Assembly (NCBI GenBank): GCA_039000425.1
Contig: JAWBPV010000001.1
Span: forward strand, 67,240 to 131,239
Length of the DNA: 64,000 nucleotides
Reading direction: 5' to 3'
From: Candidatus Aenigmatarchaeota archaeon
GTDB lineage: Archaea; Aenigmatarchaeota; Aenigmatarchaeia; CG10238-14; SCSR01
Shown in pieces: positions 26,378-35,353 of this stretch. Position numbers and translations under genes: made by a program. A model generated the notes under the pieces. It was not told the origin of the DNA, did no database searches, and saw only the letters and a list, made by a program, of their open reading frames with translations. The first letter of the stretch is position 1, and each line of letters starts with the position of its first letter.

Positions 26378-26995
26378 ATGAAAGTCAAGATTTTAAAAAG
26401 AAATGGGATGGAGATGAGTTTCTCCGTTGAAGGTATTTCTCCTGGTTTCGCTAACGCTTTAAGGAGGATTATGATGGTTGAGGTTCCAACTATGGCAATA
26501 GAATGGGTTGATTTTAAAAAAAATGATTCAGCATTACCCGATGAAATTATAGCTAATAGGTTGGGGCAAATTCCACTAACTTTTGATAAAAAAGCTTACA
26601 ACTTACCGAGCGAATGTAAATGTGAAGGTAAGGGATGTGGTAGATGTAAGGTTGAACTTATTTTGAAAGAGAAGGGGCCTAAAATGGTTTATTCCGGAGA
26701 CCTTAAAAGCAGTGCTAAGGACGTAAAACCAGTTTTTGACAAAATACCGATAGTTGAGCTTTTCGATGGTGAAGAATTGCAATTCGAAGCGATAGCCCAG
26801 TTAGGAGTGGGGAGAGAACATATAAAATGGCAAGCGGCAGTGGTAGGATATAACTATGAAGGAGATAAGTTCGTTTTCAACGTAGAATCTGTGTGTGGTT
26901 TGACTCCTGAAGAAGTTGTTCTCTCTGCCTCTGAAATTTTAGAAAAAAAGATGAAAGATTTTCAAAAAAGTTTAAACAAATTGAAAAAAGATTAA
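26378..26995 (+). CDS. rpoD: RNA polymerase subunit D (Rpo3)
   Basis: FANALRRIMMVEVPTMAI, DEIIANRLGQIP, CKCEGKGCGRC, EHIKWQ. Confidence 0.96.
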   Translation: MKVKILKRNGMEMSFSVEGISPGFANALRRIMMVEVPTMAIEWVDFKKNDSALPDEIIANRLGQIPLTFDKKAYNLPSECKCEGKGCGRCKVELILKEKGPKMVYSGDLKSSAKDVKPVFDKIPIVELFDGEELQFEAIAQLGVGREHIKWQAAVVGYNYEGDKFVFNVESVCGLTPEEVVLSASEILEKKMKDFQKSLNKLKKD

Positions 26996-27018
26996 GTTTA
27001 AAGTTAAAATAATTTTTG

Positions 27019-27166
27019 GCAGGGGTAGCCAAGTGGAAAAGGCGGCAGTGAGTGCTCTTGCACTCGGCGGTGCTTAAGATGCACACTAACCCTTAAGCTT
27101 TGATTCAAAGATGAGAGGAAACCTGCTGGGTTAGTCCCTTCGTGGGTTCGAATCCCACCCCCTGCA
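27019..27166 (+). tRNA. tRNA-Leu (probably TAA) with 65 nt of intervening sequence in at least two introns
   Basis: Acceptor GCAGGGG/CCCCTGC-A; long variable arm TGGGTTAGTCCCTTC; T arm GTGGG TTCGAAT CCCAC. Best mature arm is GCAGG CT TAA GA CCTGC. Intron boundaries only partly resolved. Confidence 0.8.
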
Positions 27167-27243
27167 CGATTTTATGAAAACAAATCGATTGAATCCATTA
27201 CAATTATTTATACTTACAAACCAAACTTTACAAAGGTGGTTTT

Positions 27244-27393
27244 TTGGTTGTAGGTGGTATTTGCCAAAGTTGTAAGAAATATTCAATAGCTTTATTCAAA
27301 TGTCATGGTTGTGGTGCTTTGGTGTGTCCCAATTGCGTAATAGAAGGTACTCCATTTTGTAAATTATGTAAAGGGAGGAAAGTATTAAAATGA
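27244..27393 (+). CDS. Small double zinc-finger protein, 49 aa (not in the ORF track)
   Basis: TTG start after AGGTGG; four CxxC (CQSC, CHGC, CPNC, CKLC); stop overlaps the next ATG (ATGA). Confidence 0.75.
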   Translation: MVVGGICQSCKKYSIALFKCHGCGALVCPNCVIEGTPFCKLCKGRKVLK

Positions 27394-28049
27394 ATTCCGG
27401 GGATTTTGTTTACATCGAATACGTTGGAAAAATAAGTGATAGTGGTGAAGTTTTTGATACAACAAAAGAAGAAATAGCAAGAGAAGCTGGAATCTTTAAC
27501 AAGAGGGTAAAATATGGTCCTCTACCCGTTGTGGTGGATGGTGGCTTTATAATCTCTGGTCTTAATGAAGCGATTAAAGGAATGGAAGTTGGTGAAAAGA
27601 AAAAAGTTTTAATACCACCAGAAAAGGCTTTTGGTGAAAGAAACGAAGATTTGGTCAAGTTGATTCCGGAAGCCAGATTCAAAGAGCAGGGTGTTGAAAT
27701 AATCCCAGGATCTTACGTATTGGTCAACAACTTAAGAGGAAAGATAATAAGTGTGGATGGTGGTAGAGTAAAAGTTGATTTCAACCATCCTCTCGCTGGT
27801 AAGAGTTTGGAGTATGAAATCGAAATTGTTAAGAAAGTGGAAAATGAAGAAGAAAAGGTTAAAGCCATAATAGATTATTTCACAGGATTAGAAGATGTTA
27901 AGATAAAGTTAAATGAAAAAGAAGTCGAAATAGAACTGAAAGTAGACGTTGATTTTAAAATAAAATCTGCAATATCTTCCCAATTGATAAAATGGATAAA
28001 GGATATTGAAACAGTGAAATTTGTTGAAGTTTTTAAAAAGGGTGAATAA
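27390..28049 (+). CDS. FKBP-type peptidyl-prolyl isomerase (SlyD-like, long archaeal form)
   Basis: GEVFDTT, IPPEKAFGER, VDFNHPLAGKSLEY. Confidence 0.93.
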   Translation: MNSGDFVYIEYVGKISDSGEVFDTTKEEIAREAGIFNKRVKYGPLPVVVDGGFIISGLNEAIKGMEVGEKKKVLIPPEKAFGERNEDLVKLIPEARFKEQGVEIIPGSYVLVNNLRGKIISVDGGRVKVDFNHPLAGKSLEYEIEIVKKVENEEEKVKAIIDYFTGLEDVKIKLNEKEVEIELKVDVDFKIKSAISSQLIKWIKDIETVKFVEVFKKGE

Positions 28050-28089
28050 GGATTTATTTTTAAAATTTTGAATTATAAAAAGGAGTTGA

Positions 28090-29178
28090 ATGGGAGTAAG
28101 ACAATTCACAGAAAAACCTTCTGAAAAAACGAAGGAAATAGATGAAGAATTGAGAACAATCTTAGAAAGCCGAAAAACTAAAATAAAAGTTGTTGGGGCG
28201 GGTGGTGCTGGAAACAATACCATCACTAGACTAATGCAAGTTGGTATAGTTGGTGCTGAAACTATAGCTATAAACACGGATGCCCAAGATTTGCTCTACA
28301 CCGATGCTGACAAAAAAATCTTAATCGGGAGGGAACTCACTTCTGGGTTAGGGGCTGGTGGAGATCCGAGGATTGGAATGGAAGCTGCAAGAGAGAGTAA
28401 AGAAGAAATTAAAAAAGCTTTACAAGGGGCTGACATGGTTTTCTTGACTTGCGGACTCGGTGGCGGTACTGGAACCGGAAGCTTACCTGTTGTTGCAGAG
28501 ATAGCGAATAAATTGGGGATATTGTCAATTGCTGTTGTCACTTTGCCTTTCAGCATGGAAGGAAAACAGAGAATGGCAAATGCAAGAGAAGGTTTGGAAA
28601 ACTTGGAAGATCATGTGGATACCATGATAGTTATACCTAACGATAGGCTTTTGGAAATTGTTCCCGACGTTTCTTTAGCAACAGCTTTTAAAATATGTGA
28701 TGAAGTTTTGGTTAACGCTGTTAAAGGAATCGCTGAGCTCGTAACCAAACCAGGACTTGTAAACCTTGATTTTGCTGACGTGAAAAGTGTTATGAAAAAT
28801 GGTGGACTTGCGATGATCGGTATGGGAGAAAGTGATACAGAAAACAGGGCTGTCGAGGCTGTGGAAAGGGCTCTGAACAATCCTTTGATAACAGTAGATG
28901 TAACTGGTGCAACTGGTGCTTTGATAAATGTTGTCGGTGGTCCTGATATAACTTTAAGAGAAGCTCAACAAATAGTTGAAATAGTATCCAGTAAACTCTC
29001 ACAAGATGCTAAGATAATCTGGGGTGCACAGATAGCTAAAGAACTTGGTGAAAGTCTGAGAGCTATGTTAGTCATAACTGGTGTAAAATCACCACAAATT
29101 TTTGGTCCTGGTAAAAAATGGTCAAAAGAAGAAAAAAAAGACATAGAGAATATTCTTGGTATTGAGTTTTTAGATTGA
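28090..29178 (+). CDS. ftsZ: Cell division protein FtsZ
   Basis: [26 protein letters not shown]. Confidence 0.98.
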   Translation: MGVRQFTEKPSEKTKEIDEELRTILESRKTKIKVVGAGGAGNNTITRLMQVGIVGAETIAINTDAQDLLYTDADKKILIGRELTSGLGAGGDPRIGMEAARESKEEIKKALQGADMVFLTCGLGGGTGTGSLPVVAEIANKLGILSIAVVTLPFSMEGKQRMANAREGLENLEDHVDTMIVIPNDRLLEIVPDVSLATAFKICDEVLVNAVKGIAELVTKPGLVNLDFADVKSVMKNGGLAMIGMGESDTENRAVEAVERALNNPLITVDVTGATGALINVVGGPDITLREAQQIVEIVSSKLSQDAKIIWGAQIAKELGESLRAMLVITGVKSPQIFGPGKKWSKEEKKDIENILGIEFLD

Positions 29179-29186
29179 GTGGTGTT

Positions 29187-29360
29187 ATGAAGATCAACAT
29201 AAGGGAAAAAGTAAAAGAGTATATAAGAGTACTTAAAATGAATAAAATTCCAACAAAAGATAAATTCATCGAAACTTTAAGGATTTGTGCCTTGGGTGTT
29301 GTTCTTCTCGGGATAATAGGTTTTATTTTTTACTTAATATTTACAATATTCGGTCTCTAG
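29187..29360 (+). CDS. secE: Protein translocase SecE/Sec61-gamma
   Basis: EYIRVLK..KIPT, C-terminal TM GIIGFIFY; position between ftsZ and spt5. Confidence 0.9.
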   Translation: MKINIREKVKEYIRVLKMNKIPTKDKFIETLRICALGVVLLGIIGFIFYLIFTIFGL

Positions 29361-29368
29361 GTGAAAAA

Positions 29369-29809
29369 ATGATATACAGTGTTAAAACTGTGGTTGGAAG
29401 GGAAAACGTTGTGATGGAAGCTATAGCTGGAAAGGCAAAATTAGAAGGTCTCAACATTCGAGCGCTTTTTCATCCTGAAGAGATTAAAGGATACATTTTC
29501 ATTGAAGGTGAGTTACAAGATATAGAAAAAGCTATTCAAATGATACCACATGTTAGAGGCTTGATAAAGAGACCTATAGATTTGAAAGAGGTTAAAAGAT
29601 TTCTAGAACCCAAGACAGTTGAAATCGAGTTCGATGTTGGTGATTTGGTCGAAGTTATCGGTGGTCCATTCAAAGGCGGTGAAGGAAAAATTATTAAATA
29701 CGATAAAGTGAAGAGGGAAGTTACGATTGAACTTATAGAAGCTGTGGTGCCTATACCGATCACGGTAAGTGTTGAATTCGTTAAACTGTTGCAAAAAGGT
29801 GGGAAATGA
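29369..29809 (+). CDS. spt5: Transcription elongation factor Spt5/NusG
   Basis: ATG at 29369 after GGTGA; KGYIFIE, KOW motif GDLVEVIGGPFKG, VPIPITV. Confidence 0.95.
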   Translation: MIYSVKTVVGRENVVMEAIAGKAKLEGLNIRALFHPEEIKGYIFIEGELQDIEKAIQMIPHVRGLIKRPIDLKEVKRFLEPKTVEIEFDVGDLVEVIGGPFKGGEGKIIKYDKVKREVTIELIEAVVPIPITVSVEFVKLLQKGGK

Positions 29810-29810
29810 A

Positions 29811-30317
29811 ATGGAAGATAAAGATGTGATAGAAATATTAGTGGAAGGTGGGAAAGCGTCTCCAGGACCAACAACCGCTCCAAAACTAAGTAGTTATAAA
29901 ATTAACGTTGGTGAAGTTTTCAAAGAAGTGAACGAAAGAACAAAAGAATATGAAGGTATAGAAGTTCCTGTGAAAATTATAATCGATAAAAATACGAGGA
30001 AATATGAAATTGAAGTCGGTATTCCTCCTGTTTCGAGTTTAATAAAAAAAGAGCTGGGGGTTGTTAAAAGAGAAAAGGGTGGGAAAGAAAGTAGTGGGGA
30101 GAAAAAAGAAGTTTTTATGGGTAACTTAACGATAGAACAATGTGTAAAAATTGCAAAAATTAAAATGAAAGAAATGTTAGCTAAGGATTTAAAGAATGCT
30201 GTGAAGATGGTTTTGGGAACTGCAAACAGTATGCCCGTAACCGTGGAAGGTAAAAAGCCGAAAGAAGTTTTGAAAGAAATCGATGAAGGTAAGTACGATA
30301 AGTTTTTTAAGTGTTAA
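29811..30317 (+). CDS. rpl11: 50S ribosomal protein L11
   Basis: LVEGGKASPGP, VGIPPVSSLIKKELG, GTANSM, IDEGKYD. Confidence 0.94.
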   Translation: MEDKDVIEILVEGGKASPGPTTAPKLSSYKINVGEVFKEVNERTKEYEGIEVPVKIIIDKNTRKYEIEVGIPPVSSLIKKELGVVKREKGGKESSGEKKEVFMGNLTIEQCVKIAKIKMKEMLAKDLKNAVKMVLGTANSMPVTVEGKKPKEVLKEIDEGKYDKFFKC

Positions 30318-30332
30318 AATCAAATAAAAATA

Positions 30333-30360
30333 ACCCGCTTCACTGCTTAGGCAGGAGGGT
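30333..30360 (+). promoter_or_regulatory. Putative ribosomal protein L1 autoregulatory RNA element overlapping the rpl1 SD
   Basis: ACC-CGCUUCA-CUGC UUAG GCAG-GAG-GGU: two helices with a CGC..A/GAG internal loop, as in known L1-binding mRNA sites. Confidence 0.65.
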
Positions 30361-30365
30361 CGTGG

Positions 30366-30983
30366 ATGAGAGAAAAAATTTTAAAAGCAATTCAAGAATT
30401 GAGGAAAAATTCCAAGAAAAGGAATTTCTCTCAAACTTTTGATTTAATAATAAACCTCAAAGATTTCGATGTTAAAAAACCGGAAAATAGATTTGTTGAA
30501 GATGTAATATTACCACACGGTAGAGGAAAGGAAGCAAGAATCGTTGTTTTTTCCGATAGTTTGAAAAATCTTGGATGTGAAATTTTAACCACCAAAGATT
30601 TGGAATTTTATTCAAAAAATAGAAGAGAAGTAAAAAAATTGGTAAAAGATGTTGATTTCTTTTTCGCTGAGCCAAAAATAATGGTTCAAGTTGGTAAGAT
30701 TTTTGGTCAATACATGGGGCCAAAAGGTAAAATGCCGAAAATAATAACTGAGAACGTTGAAAAAATAACAGAGGATTACAAAAAGGCTGTAAGGATTAGG
30801 GTAAAAGATTCTCCAACGATTCAATGTATGGTTGGAAAAGAAGATATGAAAGATGAGGAAATTTGTGAAAATATAGAAGCTGTCATAAAAGCTGTTCAGG
30901 CTAAACTTCCGAGAGGAATGCAGAACATAAAAAACATCTTCATAAAGCTAACTATGAGTAAACCTGTGAAAGTGGAGGTGTGA
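30366..30983 (+). CDS. rpl1: 50S ribosomal protein L1
   Basis: KRNFSQTFDLIINLKD, LPHGRG, GPKGKMP, KLTMSKP. Confidence 0.96.
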   Translation: MREKILKAIQELRKNSKKRNFSQTFDLIINLKDFDVKKPENRFVEDVILPHGRGKEARIVVFSDSLKNLGCEILTTKDLEFYSKNRREVKKLVKDVDFFFAEPKIMVQVGKIFGQYMGPKGKMPKIITENVEKITEDYKKAVRIRVKDSPTIQCMVGKEDMKDEEICENIEAVIKAVQAKLPRGMQNIKNIFIKLTMSKPVKVEV

Positions 30984-31741
30984 ATTTGATAAGGGAAGAA
31001 AAGGTGAAAAAAGTTGAAGAAATAAAGAAGTTGATAGAAGAATTTCCTGTTGTTGGTATAGCTGATGTGTATAAGTTTCCCAGTAAAGAACTACAAGAAT
31101 TGAGGAAAAAAATCAGAGATGTTGGTATGATTAAATTCGTGAAGAAAAGTGTACTCCTCCGAGCCATCAAAGAATCCAAAAAAGAAAAAATCAGTGAATT
31201 AGGAAGAATGATACCAAACAATCCTATACTTATTTTATGTAGAGAGGGTGCTTTCAAGTTTTACTCGCTACTATCTTCGTTAAAATTTAACACTTACGCT
31301 AAAGAATCTGATACAGCACCAAATGATATAATCGTTAAAGCTGGTAAAACTAACCTTATGCCTGGGCCTGTCATAAGTGAATTGAGCAAAGCAGGTATAG
31401 TTGTTGGCGTTGAAGAAGGTAGAATAGTGATTAAAAAAGATGTGGTTTTGGTCAAGAAAGGTGAAAAGATATCAAAAGAGGTTGCCAACGCTTTGAGAAA
31501 ACTTGAAATAAAACCAATAAGCATTGGTTTGAATGTAGTTTGTTTTTATGAGAATGGAAACGTTTATCCTAAAGAAATATTGGAATTGGTCGAGGTATAT
31601 AAACAACAAATTCCTATTGCACATCAACATGCCACAAACCTCAGTTTAAACATATTCTATCCGACAAAACACACGATAAAACTCTTGTTGATCAAAGCTT
31701 TTAATAATGCTACTATGATAAAAAGAATGGGGGGTGTTTGA
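30980..31741 (+). CDS. rpl10: 50S ribosomal protein L10/P0
   Basis: [35 protein letters not shown]. Confidence 0.92.
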   Translation: MNLIREEKVKKVEEIKKLIEEFPVVGIADVYKFPSKELQELRKKIRDVGMIKFVKKSVLLRAIKESKKEKISELGRMIPNNPILILCREGAFKFYSLLSSLKFNTYAKESDTAPNDIIVKAGKTNLMPGPVISELSKAGIVVGVEEGRIVIKKDVVLVKKGEKISKEVANALRKLEIKPISIGLNVVCFYENGNVYPKEILELVEVYKQQIPIAHQHATNLSLNIFYPTKHTIKLLLIKAFNNATMIKRMGGV

Positions 31742-32018
31742 TTTGGAGTATATATATTCAGCTTTGTTACTACATCACGCAAAAAAACCTATAACGGAAG
31801 AAAACGTTAAAAAGATATTGGAAGCTGCTGGAATAACCGTGGATGAAGCAAAAGTGAAAGCTCTGGTGACAAGCTTGGAGGGAATTAACATAGATGAAGT
31901 AATACAACAAGCTGCCATTATGCCTGCAACAGCGACCAAGGAAGAGAAGAAGGAAGAGAAGAAGGAAGAGGAAAAAATGGAAGAAGCTGCTGTTGGTTTG
32001 AGTGCATTGTTCGGATAA
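31734..32018 (+). CDS. rpl12: 50S ribosomal stalk protein L12/P1
   Basis: [10 protein letters not shown], acidic tail, GLSALFG. Confidence 0.95.
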   Translation: MFDLEYIYSALLLHHAKKPITEENVKKILEAAGITVDEAKVKALVTSLEGINIDEVIQQAAIMPATATKEEKKEEKKEEEKMEEAAVGLSALFG

Positions 32019-32026
32019 GGGATTGG

Positions 32027-32656
32027 ATGGAAAAATTAATCAGACTAGCCGGGAACATAGAAGATGAAAAATTGAGGAAAAAGGTAGTGGAATTTTTGAA
32101 AAACCCTACTCTATCCCACGAAGAATTTAAAAAATATCCAAAATGTGAAATCGATAAAATAAGAACTCCTTTCACTATACCCGGACACGGAACTGTTGAA
32201 AGGGGTGATTTAATAAATCACATCGCTTCAGTTACTGAAGTTTGTTTACAAGTTGCCGAAATTTTGGAAAAAAATTATGGAGTCAAAGTGAATAAAGATT
32301 ACCTTGTAGCAGGTGCTTTACTCCACGACATCATGAAAATATTTGAATGGAAAGTTGAAGGCGAGGAAGTAAAACACAGTGGTATATTACTAGATCATTC
32401 GATGCTAGCGGTGGCCGAACTTTACCATAGGGGTTTTCCGGAAGAAGTGATACATATAGTGGCTTCACATTTTGGGGAAACTGGACCAACACCTCCTAGG
32501 AATTTTGAAGCCTTAATATTACATTATGTCGATAATTTCATGTCAACGGTTGAATTTCATCTCTCTACACCAAAACAACAACCTTTACAATTGCTTCTTT
32601 TAGATGAAGATGTTATAAAGAAACTTGTGGGTGAAAAAACTGAAGAGAAGACTTGA
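32027..32656 (+). CDS. HD-domain phosphohydrolase
   Basis: LINH, GALLHDIMK, DH, HIVASH, LHYVD. Confidence 0.88.
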   Translation: MEKLIRLAGNIEDEKLRKKVVEFLKNPTLSHEEFKKYPKCEIDKIRTPFTIPGHGTVERGDLINHIASVTEVCLQVAEILEKNYGVKVNKDYLVAGALLHDIMKIFEWKVEGEEVKHSGILLDHSMLAVAELYHRGFPEEVIHIVASHFGETGPTPPRNFEALILHYVDNFMSTVEFHLSTPKQQPLQLLLLDEDVIKKLVGEKTEEKT

Positions 32657-33665
32657 GGAACTTTTCAGAAAAGGTGAAGAATTCATACGTAACATAAAAA
32701 ACGGGGAAAAAGTAATTTTAATTTACGATTCTGACGTAGATGGGGTTTCTTCCGCTTACTTAATGCTCAGTGCTCTTGAAAAATTTGGGAAAAAAGTCGA
32801 TGCAACTTTAGCTTGTAGTTGGGGTAAATTGGAAAAGATAAAAAAAAGGATTAAAAATTTTGATAAAATTATAACAGTTGACGTTCCTGTCGACCTCATA
32901 GAAAAGAACTTCCTTCAAGAAAATAAAAAAATGTTGATAATCGATCATCATCCATGTGATGATTTGAACTCTGAAAACATAATCTTGATAAATCCTCGTT
33001 TAGAAAAATCCTGGATTTATCAACCAACTAGTTACGTAATCTACAAGATGTTCAACTTTCTGAAAGAAAAGGAATGGGTTGCTTCGTTAGGCACTGTCGG
33101 AGATTTTGGTATAGATGATTGTAAAGATTTGATAAGAGTGAAGGATAAAAAGAATATCTGGAAGACTAAGTATGGTAAAGCTTCCGTATTGGTTGGAAAT
33201 GCTATATCGGTTCTCGGTGCCGAAAGCGTTCTGGAAATGTTTTTGAAAGCAAAGGACTTAAAAGATTTGATACGTAGAAGGGAAATCATTAATGCTAGTA
33301 AAAAGTTCGAAGAAGAATTGAAAAATAGTGAAAAAGAATTTTTCAGAAATTTGGAAATTGTTGGGGATGTGTGGATTAGTGAAGTTAAACCTGTTTATGC
33401 TGGAATTTGCTCCGCTTTAATAACTCAACTCTCAACCAAAAATCCAGAAAAAATAATATTTCTCTTAGAAGAGGGTAAAAACAACGTAAAAATACATGGA
33501 AGGTGTGGCAGTAAGAAAGTCAACATTGGATTTTTATTCAAGAAACTTGGTATAGGTGGTGGACACGAGGCTGCTGGTGCTGGTATTATAAATAAAAAAG
33601 ATAAAAATAAATTAAAAATTGAAATTTTAGAAGAGTTGAGAGATTTTACAAGAATAAAAAGGTAA
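32625..33665 (+). CDS. DHH family phosphoesterase (RecJ/NrnA-like)
   Basis: DSDVDG, IIDHH, GGGHEAAGAG. Exact start uncertain. Confidence 0.88.
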   Translation: MWVKKLKRRLEELFRKGEEFIRNIKNGEKVILIYDSDVDGVSSAYLMLSALEKFGKKVDATLACSWGKLEKIKKRIKNFDKIITVDVPVDLIEKNFLQENKKMLIIDHHPCDDLNSENIILINPRLEKSWIYQPTSYVIYKMFNFLKEKEWVASLGTVGDFGIDDCKDLIRVKDKKNIWKTKYGKASVLVGNAISVLGAESVLEMFLKAKDLKDLIRRREIINASKKFEEELKNSEKEFFRNLEIVGDVWISEVKPVYAGICSALITQLSTKNPEKIIFLLEEGKNNVKIHGRCGSKKVNIGFLFKKLGIGGGHEAAGAGIINKKDKNKLKIEILEELRDFTRIKR

Positions 33666-33788
33666 TTTAAACCTTTTTTTCTAATAAGAAAATAATAAAT
33701 TACCTTTTTACGAAAAATCATCGGAAATTTCGGAAATCTTGTTCCGTAAGTTATCTGTGTGTAACTTTTTAAAATAAAAATTGAGAAT

Positions 33789-33971
33789 ATGAGATGTTTG
33801 AAATGTAACTCACTCAGAACTTTTGAATTCATAGATGGTTTTGGGGAGAAAAGAATATTTTGTAAGGATTGTTGGGAAAGTTTTCCTCAAAATAGGATAA
33901 TCGAAACTCAGAGAAGTTTACATGATTTCAACGTGAAGTGGTATTATAGACATGATTTACATTTCAGGTGA
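33789..33971 (+). CDS. Small zinc-ribbon protein
   Basis: MRCLKCNS...FIDGFGEKRIFCKDCWES. Confidence 0.7.
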   Translation: MRCLKCNSLRTFEFIDGFGEKRIFCKDCWESFPQNRIIETQRSLHDFNVKWYYRHDLHFR

Positions 33972-33975
33972 AGTT

Positions 33976-34089
33976 ATGCAAGAAATAGTTAGAGTTGAAA
34001 TATCGTTTTTGATTAGTAGTGGGAAGAAAAAGATCATGACGAACGTTGTTTCGGGAAATAGGGTTTGGGGGTTCTTGAAAAATGTGTAG
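33976..34089 (+). CDS. Putative 37-aa protein (not in the ORF track)
   Basis: AGGTGA SD, then MQEIVRVEISFLISSGKKKIMTNVVSGNRVWGFLKNV. Confidence 0.35.
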   Translation: MQEIVRVEISFLISSGKKKIMTNVVSGNRVWGFLKNV

Positions 34090-34145
34090 CCATTGCCATT
34101 TCCTCCTCCCTACCCTTTTTATTCTCTAATTGATATTGATATATT

Positions 34146-34682
34146 GTGAATGACATGAAGTTGTTTTTGGATATAGAATGTACTAACAACAAAGCTGATA
34201 TAGGGCATTTAGTAGCTGTAGGCATAATAAAAGGAAATAAAAAAGAAGTTAAGTTTGTAGAGGATGAAGCTGATGAAAAAGAAGTTTTAGCTTGGCTTAA
34301 GGAAGAGTTGAAAGGATGTGAAATGGTAATAACTTGGTATGGTTCTAAATTTGATATACCTTTCATACTAAGTAGGGCTGTTGTTAATGGGTTAGATTTA
34401 AGTGAGTTATCTAAAATACCTTCTTTAGATTTATGTGAGTTTTTCAGGAAAAACTTTCTTTTCAGTAAGAATAGTTTATCTGAAATTGCAAAAATACTCA
34501 ACATACCAAAAAATAATGAGATAAGTGGAAAAGATGTTTTGAAGTTATACATGAAATCTACACGTGGGGACGAAAAATCAAAGAAAATGATAATTGAACA
34601 TTGTCTTAACGATTTAGAAGTTATGGAAAAGATTTTTGAAAAAATTTCACCTTATTTGAATTCAAGTACGAAAAATCCATGA
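34146..34682 (+). CDS. Stand-alone RNase H-like/DnaQ-type 3'-5' exonuclease (YprB/RNase_H_2-like)
   Basis: FLDIE, TWYGSKFDIPFI, HCLNDL. Confidence 0.85.
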   Translation: MNDMKLFLDIECTNNKADIGHLVAVGIIKGNKKEVKFVEDEADEKEVLAWLKEELKGCEMVITWYGSKFDIPFILSRAVVNGLDLSELSKIPSLDLCEFFRKNFLFSKNSLSEIAKILNIPKNNEISGKDVLKLYMKSTRGDEKSKKMIIEHCLNDLEVMEKIFEKISPYLNSSTKNP

Positions 34683-35326
34683 TCTTTATCGAAAGGGTCC
34701 AACTCAACAAAATCTAAAATTTCAAATTTCTCTTCAAATTTTTTTCTAGCTTCTTTATATATTTCTCCTGGTTTTTTGAGGACATCGATACTCCTGGCTT
34801 TCACGGCTATCATGCCATGACCTCTTGGTTTTAGAAATTTTTCAGAATTTCTTAAAAAAAGGTCTATCTCATCAGGACTTGCCACATCACAATAAATCAC
34901 ATCAACTTTCTCTAACACCAAGTCACTATAATCTTCTGGTTTCCTCGCATCGGCTAGTATAGGAATTATATTCCCCCTTCCTTCAGCGTGTGGTATCAAT
35001 TCTCTCAAAACCCTTTCAGAAATTTCTATACCGTATATCAAACCTTCTTTTCCAACTATATCACTGAAATGGGTTGCTGTTGTACCGCTTGCTACCCCAA
35101 GGTATAAGATTTTACAATTTCTTTTTATCGGGAAATATTTTAAACCTTTCTTTATCGCCGCTGCAGGCTTACTCCTCCACAAATCCCAAATCCTGTATTC
35201 AACTTTACCTATTCTTACCAACTCCTCACCATAAACCTTTTTACCTGGTAAAAGGTTTATGGTCGCTAAATTCTTTTTTATCATGAAAATTCCATCGAAT
35301 TTTTCATGTTTTTTAACTTCCATCAT
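34652..35326 (-). CDS. flpA: Fibrillarin-like 2'-O-methyltransferase
   Basis: VYGE, YRIWDLWRSK, LYLGVASGTT, NIIPILADA, KARSID, LDPFDKDH. Confidence 0.96.
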   Translation of the reverse strand: MMEVKKHEKFDGIFMIKKNLATINLLPGKKVYGEELVRIGKVEYRIWDLWRSKPAAAIKKGLKYFPIKRNCKILYLGVASGTTATHFSDIVGKEGLIYGIEISERVLRELIPHAEGRGNIIPILADARKPEDYSDLVLEKVDVIYCDVASPDEIDLFLRNSEKFLKPRGHGMIAVKARSIDVLKKPGEIYKEARKKFEEKFEILDFVELDPFDKDHGFFVLEFK

Positions 35327-35353
35327 CCCAACCTAAAGATGCAACATCTTAAT

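Noticed and set aside
27049-27121. tRNA-Leu insert as a group I intron or hammerhead ribozyme
   Set aside because: Too short for a group I core. It has GATGA and GAAA but not the full CUGANGA core with the required stems.
31940-31975. GAAGAGAAGAAG tandem repeat
   Set aside because: Encodes the ordinary acidic hinge ([11 protein letters not shown]) of stalk protein P1.
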